From sequence record CM125389.1: a stretch of DNA of 32,000 nt. One strand, written 5' to 3'. Shown here one piece after another: positions 19,098 to 28,693 of the stretch. The notes beneath the pieces were generated by a model. The model had not been told where the DNA came from, did no database searches, and saw only the letters and a list, made by a program, of their open reading frames with translations. The position numbers were made by a program, and so were the translations under genes. The stretch's first letter is position 1. Each line of letters opens with the position of its first letter.

Positions 19098-19182
19098 CAG
19101 AGAATATGGGATTCGAACCCATGATGGTTTGAACCATAACTAGTTTCAAGCTAGCCACCTTAAACCACTCGGTCAATTCTCT
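19098..19182 (-). tRNA. trnS: tRNA-Ser (UGA), long variable arm
   Basis: Acceptor AGAGAAT/ATTCTCT; anticodon arm GCTAG-CTTGAAA-CTAGT; variable arm TATGGTTCAAACCATC; T arm ATGGG-TTCGAAT-CCCAT. Confidence 0.88.
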
Positions 19183-19183
19183 T

Positions 19184-19255
19184 TAATTCTTTCAAGACTC
19201 GAACTTGAATATCATTATTATCAATAATGCACTTTACCAGTTAAGTTAAAGAATC
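19184..19255 (-). tRNA. trnI: tRNA-Ile (GAU)
   Basis: Acceptor GATTCTT/AAGAATT; anticodon arm CATTA-TTGATAA-TAATG; T arm TCAAG-TTCGAGT-CTTGA. Confidence 0.85.
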
Positions 19256-19274
19256 CTAAAGTAAGTATTAAAAA

Positions 19275-19347
19275 TGAGAAATGGGTGATTCGAACACCCA
19301 ACCTTCCGTGTGTAAAACGGTTGCTCTACCAACTGAGCTAATCTCTC
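19275..19347 (-). tRNA. trnV: tRNA-Val (UAC)
   Basis: Acceptor GAGAGAT/ATTTCTC; D arm GCTC..GAGC; anticodon loop TTTACAC; T arm GGGTG-TTCGAAT-CACCC. Confidence 0.88.
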
Positions 19348-19519
19348 TTAAATCGGGGGACCCCGCCCCCTTCGGGGGCGGGGGCCCAATTTTTTTTTTT
19401 GATAGCCTCCGGCTCAGAAGCGTCATTATTTGGCTACTTATGAACAAGGCTAAATTTTATTTAAAAGCTAAAAAGGAAAACCAAGAGCATGACTTAAAAT
19501 ACGAGCTAAACTAAGAGGG

Positions 19520-19567
19520 CCCCACGAATACCCCACACACCTTCGTGTGTGGGCCGTATTCGTGGGG
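19520..19567. repeat. long GC hairpin, same family
   Basis: identical to the 10475 copy by eye. Confidence 0.9.
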
Positions 19568-19615
19568 TCCCCCGATTCGAGGCCCCTTCGGCCCTTGAAT
19601 CAACCCTTCCCCCCC

Positions 19616-19629
19616 CTGCAGTACTGCAG
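19616..19629. repeat. PstI-palindrome core CTGCAGTACTGCAG
   Basis: exact 14-mer. Confidence 0.97.
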
Positions 19630-19956
19630 GGCGGGGGGACGGGTCGATTCCACCCCGGAGGGGTGGATATTTGTAAGTTTTTATATGGTTTTTAGTTAGC
19701 TAGCTAAACGAAGTTGTGCTGCTGGGATCAATATATTTTTGATAGTTACAGCTAAACGAAGTTGTCCTCGTCCTTTTTTATTCTTCTCTAACATTTCATT
19801 TCTAATAGTTCTTCAACAGTCATATCTGCTTTGCCTTACTATTGGGGGGCTGGCGAAGCTAGCCTCCTCAGTACTAGTAGCTTGCTTTAGCTAAAGCAAG
19901 CAGCCAGAAGCTAAAGCTCCGGTGGTTATATATCCTCCGATTTAGTATTTTTCATT

Positions 19957-20688
19957 CTACCTCCCCTCGGTTTTGGTTTCCCTCGTATTAGGTAAGGCTC
20001 CGCCTCAAGAAGCATTAGATTTCATTATAATCACTATAGATCCAACCATAGCTAATAGTAAAATAAAGCTAGCTAAGAACAATCAGATACTATAGTTACT
20101 ATACATTACGTTACCTATAGTTGTTATATGATTACTTTCTGCCAAATTTCCATCTCATATTTTACTAGTAACAAATAATAAGTCATTATTTTTAGGCTGC
20201 AGTGAAACTGCGGGAGTGGTATTAATTCCAAAATTTCCGTTATTTTGTTTATTCATAGAAAGATTATATAAATTATTATTTATATTACTACTAAAATTAC
20301 TTAAAATAGCTATATCATAAGGTAACAATTGAAATAAAGAATAACTAAGAGAAATTCCAAGAATAATTGTTAAAGGTATACTATTATTAGTATTACTTTG
20401 AAGTTCACTTATTCTAATATTTATCAGCATTAAAATAAATAAAAATAAAATAGATATTGCTCCTATATATACTATTAAATAGGCTAAACCTATAAAACTT
20501 AAACCTAATAGAATTAAATAAGAAGAAACACTAGCAAATAACCCTATTAAAAATAATACAGATATTATAGGATTTTTATTTACAATTACAGATATACCAC
20601 AAAAAATCGCGAGTATAGATATTATATCCAGCACGCTCGATATATAACCATTTGTGAAACTTTCGTTTATCAAGAATAAACTGTTCAT
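19957..20688 (-). CDS. nad6: NADH dehydrogenase subunit 6
   Basis: ATG 20688-20686. Track ORF 20155..20688 continues through TGA=Trp: ...VTSKIWDGNLAESNHITTIGNVMYSNYSIWLFLASFILLLAMVGSIVIIMKSNASWGGALPNTRETKTEGR then TAG 19959-19957. The last 17 codons are uncertain. Confidence 0.85.
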
Positions 20689-20864
20689 AATAAATAAAAA
20701 AAAACCTTTATTTTTTGGTCACCCTTACCCCCGCCCCCCGTAGGAGGGGTCAGCATAGTAAGGGTGAAGCCGTAGTCCCCCCTCCTCCTCACCTTTTTTT
20801 TTATTCAGGGGCTGACCCCCCCCCTCTTCTCAAGGTCCCCATCACATTTAATTATGCCCCCCCC

Positions 20865-20878
20865 CTGCAGTACTGCAG
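20865..20878. repeat. PstI-palindrome core CTGCAGTACTGCAG
   Basis: exact 14-mer; CATAATTAAATGTGATGGGG composite (inverted). Confidence 0.97.
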
Positions 20879-20969
20879 GGCGGGGAAAGATGGGGCCGCA
20901 TTACTAAGGCTGAAGCCCTAGTTCTCTCCCCCCTCCTAATCCCCCGACCGAAACCACCGTCCCCCCGCC

Positions 20970-20983
20970 CTGCAGTACTGCAG
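20970..20983. repeat. PstI-palindrome core CTGCAGTACTGCAG
   Basis: exact 14-mer. Confidence 0.97.
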
Positions 20984-21054
20984 GGGGGGGGAAAAATAAC
21001 GGGTGGGCCGGTTGAAGGTAGGCGATAAAAGTATTCAAGGGGGAGGACTCGATG

Positions 21055-21125
21055 CAAGAGTACTTAGACTCGAACTAAGAATTTAAAGGTTGAAGCTTTC
21101 TGTTTTACCATTAAACTATACTCTT
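21055..21125 (-). tRNA. trnW: tRNA-Trp (UCA), reads UGA and UGG
   Basis: Acceptor AAGAGTA/TACTCTT; D arm GTTT..AAAC; anticodon loop CTTCAAC; T arm CTTAG-TTCGAGT-CTAAG. Confidence 0.88.
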
Positions 21126-21282
21126 TTAACCGAAGATGAAGATATATATTTATTTAGAGGTAAGCAGGGGGCTGGCTTCCTGCCAACCCTACGGGTGGGA
21201 AGAGAAGCCATTATATTTATTTAAACGATAAGGGCCCCCGCCCCGAAGGGGGCGGGGTCCCCCGAAATATAAATGGAGACAA

Positions 21283-21363
21283 CGGAAAAGAGGTGACTCG
21301 AACACCCAGGTGTAAAAACACAATATTTAGCAAATATCTCGCCTTACCTATGGCAACTTTTCC
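21283..21363 (-). tRNA. trnS: tRNA-Ser (GCU), long variable arm
   Basis: Acceptor GGAAAAG/CTTTTCC; anticodon arm GATAT-TTGCTAA-ATATT; TTCGAGT T loop. Confidence 0.85.
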
Positions 21364-21395
21364 TTAAATTCCCCCTCCTTTTCACCCCCCCCCCC

Positions 21396-21409
21396 CTGCA
21401 GTACTGCAG
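21396..21409. repeat. PstI-palindrome core CTGCAGTACTGCAG
   Basis: exact 14-mer. Confidence 0.97.
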
Positions 21410-21422
21410 GGCGGGGACCCCC

Positions 21423-21436
21423 CTGCAGTACTGCAG
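21423..21436. repeat. PstI-palindrome core CTGCAGTACTGCAG
   Basis: exact 14-mer. Confidence 0.97.
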
Positions 21437-21464
21437 GGGGGGGGGACGGAGGGGGTAGCGAATG

Positions 21465-21537
21465 CGAACTAGACCGGCATCGAACCGGCACCTACTTCCG
21501 TGACAGGGAAGTCCTCTACCAATTAAGTTACTAATTC
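21465..21537 (-). tRNA. trnD: tRNA-Asp (GUC)
   Basis: Acceptor GAATTAG/CTAGTTC; anticodon arm CTTCC-CTGTCAC-GGAAG; T arm GCCGG-TTCGATG-CCGGT. Confidence 0.85.
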
Positions 21538-21581
21538 TTCTCTTCGCGACCCCCCACCATGGTTCACCTCCCACCCCCCCC

Positions 21582-21595
21582 CTGCAGTACTGCAG
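21582..21595. repeat. PstI-palindrome core CTGCAGTACTGCAG
   Basis: exact 14-mer. Confidence 0.97.
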
Positions 21596-21688
21596 GGCGG
21601 GGGACGCGCAAGCTAAAGCTAAAGCGTAAAGCTATCCAGAGGCGAGCCCTTCGGCGGCTAATTTTTTTTTTTTAGCCGTCCCCCCGCC

Positions 21689-21702
21689 CTGCAGTACTGC
21701 AG
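21689..21702. repeat. PstI-palindrome core CTGCAGTACTGCAG
   Basis: exact 14-mer. Confidence 0.97.
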
Positions 21703-21772
21703 GGGGGAAGCTAAAAAAAAATAATGCCTCGTCCCCCCTCCTCCACCCCTACGTATCCCCCCCCTTCCCCCC

Positions 21773-21786
21773 CTGCAGTACTGCAG
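21773..21786. repeat. PstI-palindrome core CTGCAGTACTGCAG
   Basis: exact 14-mer. Confidence 0.97.
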
Positions 21787-21871
21787 GGCGGGGGGACGGG
21801 GGGATTAGGGGTGGAGGAGGGGGTAGCGAAGGGGGTGCTAGCTAAGCCGAAGGCTAGCGCTAGGGATGGGG

Positions 21872-21918
21872 CCCACGAATACCCCACACACCTTCGTGTG
21901 TGGGCCGTATTCGTGGGG
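21872..21918. repeat. long GC hairpin, same family
   Basis: same sequence, one C shorter at the 5' edge. Confidence 0.9.
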
Positions 21919-22005
21919 TCCCTCGAAGTGGAAGGGTAAGGCTCCGCCTCAGAATGAAATGATGGTGGGCGGGTAAACCTATTTAAGAAGGTTTATATAT
22001 ATATA

Positions 22006-22077
22006 TACAAGCAGTCGGACTCGAACCGACATTCTCTGCTTGGAAGGCAGACATCCTAACCATTTAACGATGCTTGT
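22006..22077 (-). tRNA. trnG: tRNA-Gly (UCC)
   Basis: Acceptor ACAAGCA/TGCTTGT; anticodon arm TCTGC-CTTCCAA-GCAGA; T arm GTCGG-TTCGAGT-CCGAC. Confidence 0.88.
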
Positions 22078-22150
22078 CTGTTTGTTTTTATGTTAAACTG
22101 TACTTTTTTCTTAATCCCTAATCCCCCCCCCCCCTAATCCCCCTTCCCCC

Positions 22151-22164
22151 CTGCAGTACTGCAG
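22151..22164. repeat. PstI-palindrome core CTGCAGTACTGCAG
   Basis: exact 14-mer. Confidence 0.97.
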
Positions 22165-22296
22165 GGGGGGGAAGGGGGGATTAGGGGGGATACGAGGGGT
22201 GGAGGAGGGGGGGGGTCGGAAGGAAGCCATAAATCACTTAAAGTGGGCCCCCGCCCCCGAAGGGGGCGGGGTCCCCCGATTTTACAGTAACATAAT

Positions 22297-22368
22297 TGGG
22301 ATTTGCCGGATTCGAACCAACATCTGGATGATTAAAAGTCATAAGTATTGCCATTATACTAAAACCCC
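22297..22368 (-). tRNA. trnK: tRNA-Lys (UUU)
   Basis: Acceptor GGGGTTT/AAATCCC; anticodon loop CTTTTAA; T arm GTTGG-TTCGAAT-CCGGC. Confidence 0.85.
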
Positions 22369-22594
22369 TTAAATTATCAAATACTACTACACAATTGAAG
22401 ATAAGTCCTACCTCCTCAAGTTATAATAGCTAAATAATAAATTAGTACCCCTCAACAAACCCCCCCCCCCGCAAGCTTGCGGGGGTTTAGAAGTGGGGGG
22501 ACTCTGGTCATTTATCACAATAATCAGGGGCTGAGGCTTAATAATCTTTTAAGCCCACCGTTAATTCGCAACCCCCCTCCCCTTCCCCACCCCC

Positions 22595-22608
22595 CTGCAG
22601 TACTGCAG
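22595..22608. repeat. PstI-palindrome core CTGCAGTACTGCAG
   Basis: exact 14-mer. Confidence 0.97.
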
Positions 22609-22700
22609 GGTGGGGAAGAGGAGGGGGGAGTGGTTGTTCTTTTGTTTAACCTAAGGCTCCTGAGGCGGAGCCTTATCACAACCTTACTCGATTATTTTTA

Positions 22701-23510
22701 TTAAGAACCTCAATAGTATACGGAAATGTACAAAAATAGTCAAACAACATCTACAAAATGTCAGTATAAAATTCCACCCTCAAAACCTACATGATGGTTG
22801 TCAGTTAAATGGTAAGCAAATATTCTTCATAAAGCTACCGCTAAGAAAATTGTCCCTATTATAACGTGTATCCCATGAAATCCTGTAGAAAAGAAAAAAC
22901 ATGTACCAAAAGCACCATCACTAATAGTGAAAGATGATACACTATACTCAACACCTTGGAAGCCTGTAAATATTATTGCTAATAAAATAGTGGCGATTGA
23001 ACCATATAGAGCTCCTTCTCTTTCTCCTTTAATTAAAGCATGATGAGCGTAAGTGATTGTCGCACCACTAGATAAAAGTATCACTGTATTTAGAAGAGGT
23101 AATTCGAAAGGATTTACAGGTTCTATACCTATAGGTGGTCATTGAGCTCCTAATTCAACAGTAGGTGTTAATGCGCTATGAAAGAAAGCTCAAAAGATAG
23201 CTAAAAAAAATAGAGCTTCAGATACTATAAATAGTATAATACCTAAATTTAATCCCCTTTGCACTGCTAGAGTATGATCCCCTAAAAAAGTTCCTTCAGA
23301 TATTATATCTCTAAATCATAAAAACATAGCTGAAACTAGTCCAATTAAAGCTATGTAATATAAATAATGAATATTATTAAAATTATGCATAGATAACGCA
23401 CCAGTAGTTGTTAGATTTAATAGACAAACACTAGTATTTAAAGGTCAAGGAGATGGAGATACTAAATGAAAAGGATGATCCTGGAAATTACTTCTTATTA
23501 AATTAGTCAT
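22701..23510 (-). CDS. cox3: cytochrome c oxidase subunit 3
   Basis: 270 codons under code 4. [27 protein letters not shown]...[27 protein letters not shown]...[61 protein letters not shown] 23510-23508, TAA 22703-22701. Confidence 0.95.
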
Positions 23511-23654
23511 TTGAATCCATTTATTATAATAAAACAATTAATTTAATTTACATTTTCTATAAATATATATATGTATATGTATATATATAGATTACAGCTA
23601 TAGAGCCGCAAGGCGTCTAATTATTTTTACCCCCCCCGCAAACCTGCCCCCCCC

Positions 23655-23668
23655 CTGCAGTACTGCAG
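23655..23668. repeat. PstI-palindrome core CTGCAGTACTGCAG
   Basis: exact 14-mer. Confidence 0.97.
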
Positions 23669-23936
23669 GGTGGGGAAGGGGAGGGGGAAGGCCAGGGATA
23701 CTTCCCCCCTTCGGGGGGCCTTCCTTAGCCGAAGGCTTCTGCCTTCCTTATGTGCCACTCGCTACCCCCTCCAGCTTCGCTGGAGGGGGGGCCGAGTGGA
23801 CTTCGTAGCATAAGTGGGCCCCCTAGCCATTGAAAAAAAAAATGCAGAATATAGCTATTATAGCTATTTAATTAGTGGTTTGGTTTCTATAGAAGGGCGC
23901 TCCGCTCCCCTCTAAATTCCTGCCTTCTCCACTAAT

Positions 23937-24007
23937 AGCCTCTAAGATGAATCGAACATCTATCCTAATATTAACAGTATTATGCTCTACCGTTGAGCTA
24001 TAGAAGC
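23937..24007 (-). tRNA. trnN: tRNA-Asn (GUU)
   Basis: Acceptor GCTTCTA/TAGAGGC; D arm GCTC..GAGC; anticodon arm TAATA-CTGTTAA-TATTA; T arm AGATG-TTCGATT-CATCT. Confidence 0.88.
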
Positions 24008-24084
24008 TCATTAATATTAATAATTAATATTAATATTAATATTTAATCTTTAGACTAGCAATGAAGCCCTGAAGCTCATTCCTA

Positions 24085-24171
24085 TAGGAGAGAAAGGAAT
24101 TGAACCTTCGACGACTAATTAGTCATTAAGTTTACAGCTTAACCCGTCATACCAACAAACGGAACCCTCCT
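24085..24171 (-). tRNA. trnY: tRNA-Tyr (GUA), long variable arm
   Basis: Acceptor AGGAGGG/CTCTCCT; anticodon arm TTAAG-CTGTAAA-CTTAA; variable arm TGACTAATTAGTCGTC; T arm GAAGG-TTCAATT-CCTTT. Confidence 0.85.
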
Positions 24172-24291
24172 TTATATATATATACTTTAAAATAAAGAAT
24201 ATATACATAAGGATATATTTTCCCTATAAAATGGAACGAGGCAATTTTCGCCACGAACCCAGGGGGTGTATATCCAATCGTATTGTTCAAC

Positions 24292-25225
24292 ATTGATAAG
24301 TCCCGTGCAACTTCCACTACACGAACCGTATTTCGACTTAACACTAATCAGAGCCGCGCATACGAAGGATCCTATTATAACATCTAAACCTATATGTCTA
24401 CTTACTTATAACAGAAAAGCAAACTTATTGCACGCACTCCTTTCAGCATGTGACGAGTGGTTAGTACCAATCCGAGGGAATATTCACCGTGTCATGGTGA
24501 TTCACGATTACTAGCAATTTCTTATTCATGCAGTCGAATTTCAGACTACAATCCTTGTATATTTTTATCCTATTTTTTGAGATTAGCTAAAATTCACATT
24601 TTTGCATCTCTTTGTTTAGGAAAATGTGGCACGTCTATAGCCCACAATATTTAGGCCATGATGACTTGTCTTGATCCCTTTTATCATTTCCTATATAAAG
24701 GTGAACTGCTTTATAATATTTACAAATAAAGCAAGGGTTTACGTTAATTCCATGGAACGAACCACAGTTTCGCAACATCAACTGAAGACAGCCGTGCAAC
24801 ACTTGTATTAATAATTAAATATAGTTGGAATATGGTATTTACTATATTATCCATTATTTTTCTTTTTTCTCCCCCCCCGCGGCAAACCTACGGGGAGGGG
24901 AAAATTGAGTGCTTGCCATATCAAGCATAAAAAATAATATCATTATTATTAATATTCAAATTGTGGTAAGGTTTTTCGTGGGTCACCGAATTAAATAACA
25001 TACTTCATTGCTGGTGTCAGAAACGGTCTAGTGATTTCAGTTCCTGCGTTGCCGCCTTACTCTTGAGGTGAAATGCTTACACTTTCATTTATAGACTAAA
25101 TTAAAAATCTAACCTATGGCATTCATAATTGTCTGCAAAGACTACTGGGGTATCTAATCCTTTTTGTTCCCTTTGCCTTCGTCCTTCGACGTCAGTTTTT
25201 ACATAAAAGATTGCCTTCGCCTTTA
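24292..25225 (-). rRNA. rns: small-subunit rRNA, central/3' domains (clearly recognisable part)
   Basis: Minus-sense landmarks in order: GGCGAAGGCAATC, AGGATTAGATACCCCAGTAGTC, GTTATTTAATTCGGTGACCCACGAAAAACCTTACC, GCACGGCTGTCTTCAG, AAGTCATCATGGCC, TTGCTAGTAATCGTGAATCA, GGTACTAACCACTCGTCACAT, AAGTCGAAATACGGTTCGTGTAGTGGAAGTTGCACGGGACTTATCA. 3' end plus or minus 10 nt. Confidence 0.88.
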
Positions 25226-25945
25226 CCCGTCCCCTTAAGGGGGGGGGAGTGGAGTGGAATTATAAGTTTTAAACTCATTTTCAGGTATACCAAAACGTTC
25301 ACTATCGGAGAAAGCTGCTTTAATGAATGCATCCACCCCGGAGGGGTGGTTTCTATAGTACTTTTATAACCTTTTCCACCCCCTACAGCGTACGCTCCTT
25401 TTACAAATACAGGCGTATTTACCGTTTCTTTTAGTATCCTTATTTTTCGGGGGACCCCGCCCCCTTCGGGGCGGGGGGCCCATAATCATTTATCGTACAC
25501 CAAGGCACTGTATCATACATAGTACTACTTATAGATCATTGACTAACAACACGACGCTTATTGTCGTACTCTATACTAAAACTCTTATCACGATAACTAG
25601 GTAGCACATGACCCCCTTTTTCATAAATATCTATAGCTTTACGTAAACCATTTTCAATATACTCAAATCTTTTAATCCCATCAATACTTTAAATCCTTTT
25701 CCTAAACTCATAAACTAAGAATTCCCTCTCTAAATAACGGCCTTGAAACCCTGTCATTGCCTTTAATCCAACTTTCTCATCAAACCCCAATTGACCCCTG
25801 GTTTTTCAAGACAATATACCTTTACTTTCATTCTTTTTAACTTCCAAGGCACTGTCATTTGAACTTAGTACCGCTCCAGTGCATGTATCCACCCCGGAGG
25901 GGTGGTTTACGTCTAAGACGCCTTGCGGCTCCAACATCAAACAAT
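25226..25945 (-). rRNA. rns: presumed 5' half of rns; only weak, patchy, colinear similarity to SSU rRNA (see finding)
   Basis: Right position and length for the 5' ~700 nt of an SSU rRNA. Short colinear islands only: TGATGTTGG at 25931-25939, ACATGCA at 25880-25886, GATGGGATTA at 25673-25682, GTCAATGATC at 25534-25543, GTGAAC..GGTATACC at 25284-25303. No intact 530 loop. Three GC palindromes are inserted. Confidence 0.35.
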
Positions 25946-26117
25946 CTTTATTCAATGAGTCATTTTCGGGGGACCCCGCCCCCTTCGGGGGCGGGCCCAT
26001 TATTTTATCCTCAACCGAAAGGATTAACTTTTTTCGCTACCCCCTCCAGCTTCGCTGGAGGGGGGGAAGAACGCGGAAACACCCACACCAGGAATCAACA
26101 AATTATTATACCCACTC

Positions 26118-26131
26118 CTGCAGTACTGCAG
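26118..26131. repeat. PstI-palindrome core CTGCAGTACTGCAG
   Basis: exact 14-mer. Confidence 0.97.
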
Positions 26132-26153
26132 GGGTGTAGAAGGGTAACCACCC

Positions 26154-26198
26154 CCGATATGATAAAAGTATATAAAATACTTTTATCATATTTATTTA
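26154..26198. repeat. AT-rich hairpin unit, copy 1
   Basis: CCGATATGATAAAAGTATATAAAATACTTTTATCATATTTATTTA; internal 13-bp arms ATGATAAAAGTAT/ATACTTTTATCAT. Confidence 0.9.
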
Positions 26199-26280
26199 TT
26201 TTTTTTACGATAAAAGTATAAAAATGTATAATTTTACCTTTTTTAACGGGGGCCTAGCCCCCCCCTTGAAGGGTACCCCA

Positions 26281-26325
26281 CCGATATGATAAAAGTATAT
26301 AAAATACTTTTATCATATTTATTTA
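26281..26325. repeat. AT-rich hairpin unit, copy 2
   Basis: identical 45-mer, direct orientation, 127 bp downstream. Confidence 0.9.
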
Positions 26326-26368
26326 GAACTACAAATATCTTTAACCCAAATAAAGCACCCCTCTCCTC

Positions 26369-26382
26369 CTGCAGTACTGCAG
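26369..26382. repeat. PstI-palindrome core CTGCAGTACTGCAG
   Basis: exact 14-mer. Confidence 0.97.
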
Positions 26383-26470
26383 GGGCGGGGGGGGGTGCTT
26401 TCCAGTTAATGGGCCCCGCCCCCGAAGGGGGCGGGGTCCCCCGAAAATTAAGGGAAACCTTTCACCCGCC

Positions 26471-26484
26471 CTGCAGTACTGCAG
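26471..26484. repeat. PstI-palindrome core CTGCAGTACTGCAG
   Basis: exact 14-mer. Confidence 0.97.
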
Positions 26485-26516
26485 GGGGGAGAAAATATTT
26501 AAATACCACCTTTCCC

Positions 26517-26530
26517 CTGCAGTACTGCAG
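26517..26530. repeat. PstI-palindrome core CTGCAGTACTGCAG
   Basis: exact 14-mer. Confidence 0.97.
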
Positions 26531-26694
26531 GGGCTAGTAATGGATGACTACCATAAACTGAACCTAGAACTTAAATCTTTATTCGATGAAATCGATCTAT
26601 TAAAAGGGTCCCCACAACGAAGTTGTGGGGTCCCCCGATTTAAGTTCGTAGGTTTATACACATGCTCCGCTGCCGGCCCCTCCCCTTCACCACC

Positions 26695-26708
26695 CTGCAG
26701 TACTGCAG
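26695..26708. repeat. PstI-palindrome core CTGCAGTACTGCAG
   Basis: exact 14-mer. Confidence 0.97.
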
Positions 26709-26886
26709 GGGGATTAGAGTTATACCCTTACTAGATATACATAAACTTATTAATTACCTAATCGGGGGCTAGCCCCCGGTTCAGTCTTGGTAACTCTTTA
26801 AAAGGTTTTTGGATTTAAGCAAGGTTCCTTCCGCTAGGCTACGCCAGACTTCAGGAACTTGCTTGTTATTTTAACCCTTCCCCGCC

Positions 26887-26900
26887 CTGCAGTACTGCAG
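26887..26900. repeat. PstI-palindrome core CTGCAGTACTGCAG
   Basis: exact 14-mer. Confidence 0.97.
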
Positions 26901-27296
26901 GGGGGGGGCGGGTAGCCTTTTAAACCTAATTAACCTATAAAAATAATAATAATTAAAAGCACCCCCCTTAAGGGGGGGGTGCTTTCCAGTTAATGGGCCC
27001 CCCGCCCCCGAAGGGGGCGGGGTCCCCCGAATATTGTTTATAATATAACCCACCACCTCCCGGATGTTCCACTCCACTCGCTCCCCCCCGCAAACCTGCG
27101 GGGGGGGGAGCGAGTGGAGTTAATTCCGTTCCACTCCACTCCCCCCCTTAAGGGGGGGGGGAGTGGAGTTAATTCCATAAGTCATCCTCTTCATATTAGA
27201 AACTTTTTATCGCTACCCCCTCGCTCCCCCCCCGCAAACCTGCGGGGAGGGGGGGAGAGATAACCACTAGATGGCTTCATACTCAAATACATAGGG

Positions 27297-27344
27297 CCCC
27301 ACGAATACCCCACACACCTTCGTGTGTGGGCCGTATTCGTGGGG
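27297..27344. repeat. long GC hairpin, same family; 43 nt downstream of the cox2 stop
   Basis: same sequence. Confidence 0.9.
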
Positions 27345-27386
27345 TCCCCCGAGTTCCTTTATTTAGCCAAAAACTATTTTATCGTC

Positions 27387-28139
27387 TTACTGTTCTTCTA
27401 ATCAAGTAAGGAATTTTTCTAGAGATACTGACTCTATAACTATAGGCATAGAACTGTGTAATATACCACAGATTTCAGAGCATTGACCATAGAATACTCC
27501 TTCTCTGTTAATAAAAACAGATACTTGATTTAATCTCCCAGGATAAGCATCACATTTAACACCTAAAGATGGAACAGCGAAGCTATGTATCACATCACCT
27601 GCAGTGATGATAAATCTAACGTGTGTTAGTTCAGGAAGGATAACTCTATTATCCACCTCTAACATTCTTAGTGCTCCTTCTTCCAAATCGGATTCCGGTA
27701 CTATATATGAATCAAATTCTATAAATTCATCATTTGAATCTAAGAAATCAGGATATTGGTAACTTCAATATCATTGGTGCCCCTCTGCTAAAACTGACAT
27801 TGAAGGATCACTAACTTCATCCATTAAATATAGCAACTTAAATGAAGGGAAAGCAATTAATATTAATATTACTGCTGGAGTAATAGTTCATATTAATTCG
27901 ATTAATGTACCGTGATTTAAATATTTATGTGAAATTGGTGATTTTGTACTGATATAATTTCTTATTATAGATAATAAGATTCATCCTACACCAAATAGTA
28001 TTACCACCAGATAGTACATAATATTGTCATGTAATTCAACTAAACCTTCCATCTGAGGAGTAGCACTATCTTGAAAATAGATACCTCATGGGCTTGGAGC
28101 ATCAAAATTCATAATTAAATTATTAAATAATAATCCCAT
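27387..28139 (-). CDS. cox2: cytochrome c oxidase subunit 2
   Basis: 251 codons under code 4. [44 protein letters not shown]...AEGHQWYWSYQYPDF...[69 protein letters not shown] 28139-28137, TAA 27389-27387. Confidence 0.95.
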
Positions 28140-28403
28140 AAAAAAAGAAATAGAATATTCTATATTGAATATTAAACCATAATAATAAATATATTATATC
28201 TTTTCATAAAATATAGAATTTAAATATAACATTAAACTGTATTGTATATTAAGGCTAGGCTAATTCTTATCCACTAACGAAGTATACCCTGTGCCTAATG
28301 GGTTTTTATAGCCTGCTGCTCATAAGGTTAGGCTACGCTAGCGTCCTTTGTTTTTTCGGGGGACCCCGCCCCCTTCGGGGCGGGGGCCCAAAAAAATGAA
28401 TTA

Positions 28404-28470
28404 CCTTCGCTCAGCTTCGCACACTTCGCTCACTTCGCTCAGCTTCGCTCAGCTTCGCTCAGCTTCCCTC
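28404..28470. repeat. degenerate tandem decamer (CAGCTTCGCT)n
   Basis: about 6 units, read directly. Confidence 0.85.
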
Positions 28471-28547
28471 CCAAAAAAGTACCACCCTCCTCCACTCGCG
28501 TACCCCCTCCTTTGCTCAAGGTCCCCATCACATTTAATTATGCCCCC

Positions 28548-28561
28548 CTGCAGTATTGCAG
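28548..28561. repeat. PstI-palindrome core, variant CTGCAGTATTGCAG
   Basis: one C-to-T difference destroys the dyad; CATAATTAAATGTGATGGGG composite (inverted). Confidence 0.9.
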
Positions 28562-28693
28562 GGCGGGGGAAAGATGGGGGCCGCCAAGGGGGGGGTTGAG
28601 TGGAGGAGGGTGGTCGCGATATTATGGCTAGCTAAATTATTAAGGCTGCTTCCTGCCTGCCTAGACTTCGTAGGCAGGAAGTAGGAGGGGGCC

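Noticed and set aside
24147-24654. Track ORFs 24147..24344, 24266..24514, 24457..24654
   Set aside because: They overlap tRNA-Tyr and the well-conserved 3' domain of rns.
25717-25731. Minus-strand TTAGAGAGGGAATTC resembling my recollection of the N. crassa mitochondrial promoter consensus (TTAGARA(T/G)G(T/G)ARTRR)
   Set aside because: I am not certain of the consensus from memory. The match is imperfect at the last two positions, and it lies inside the presumed rns 5' region rather than upstream of it. It is worth testing only alongside the rns check.
25226-25945. RIP-like (C-to-T / G-to-A) mutation as the cause of the odd rns 5' half
   Set aside because: RIP acts on nuclear duplicated DNA, and the flanking mitochondrial genes here are intact. 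Part of the apparent transition excess is normal for AT-rich fungal mt rRNA; for example, the 3' end resembles yeast 15S rather than E. coli.
25806-26734. ORFs 25806..26000 (-), 25859..26221 (+), 26286..26537 (+), 26540..26734 (+) in the cox2-rns spacer
   Set aside because: They are driven by GC palindromes (GDPAPFGGG, PPCSTAGG peptides), overlap one another on both strands, and have no recognisable domains.
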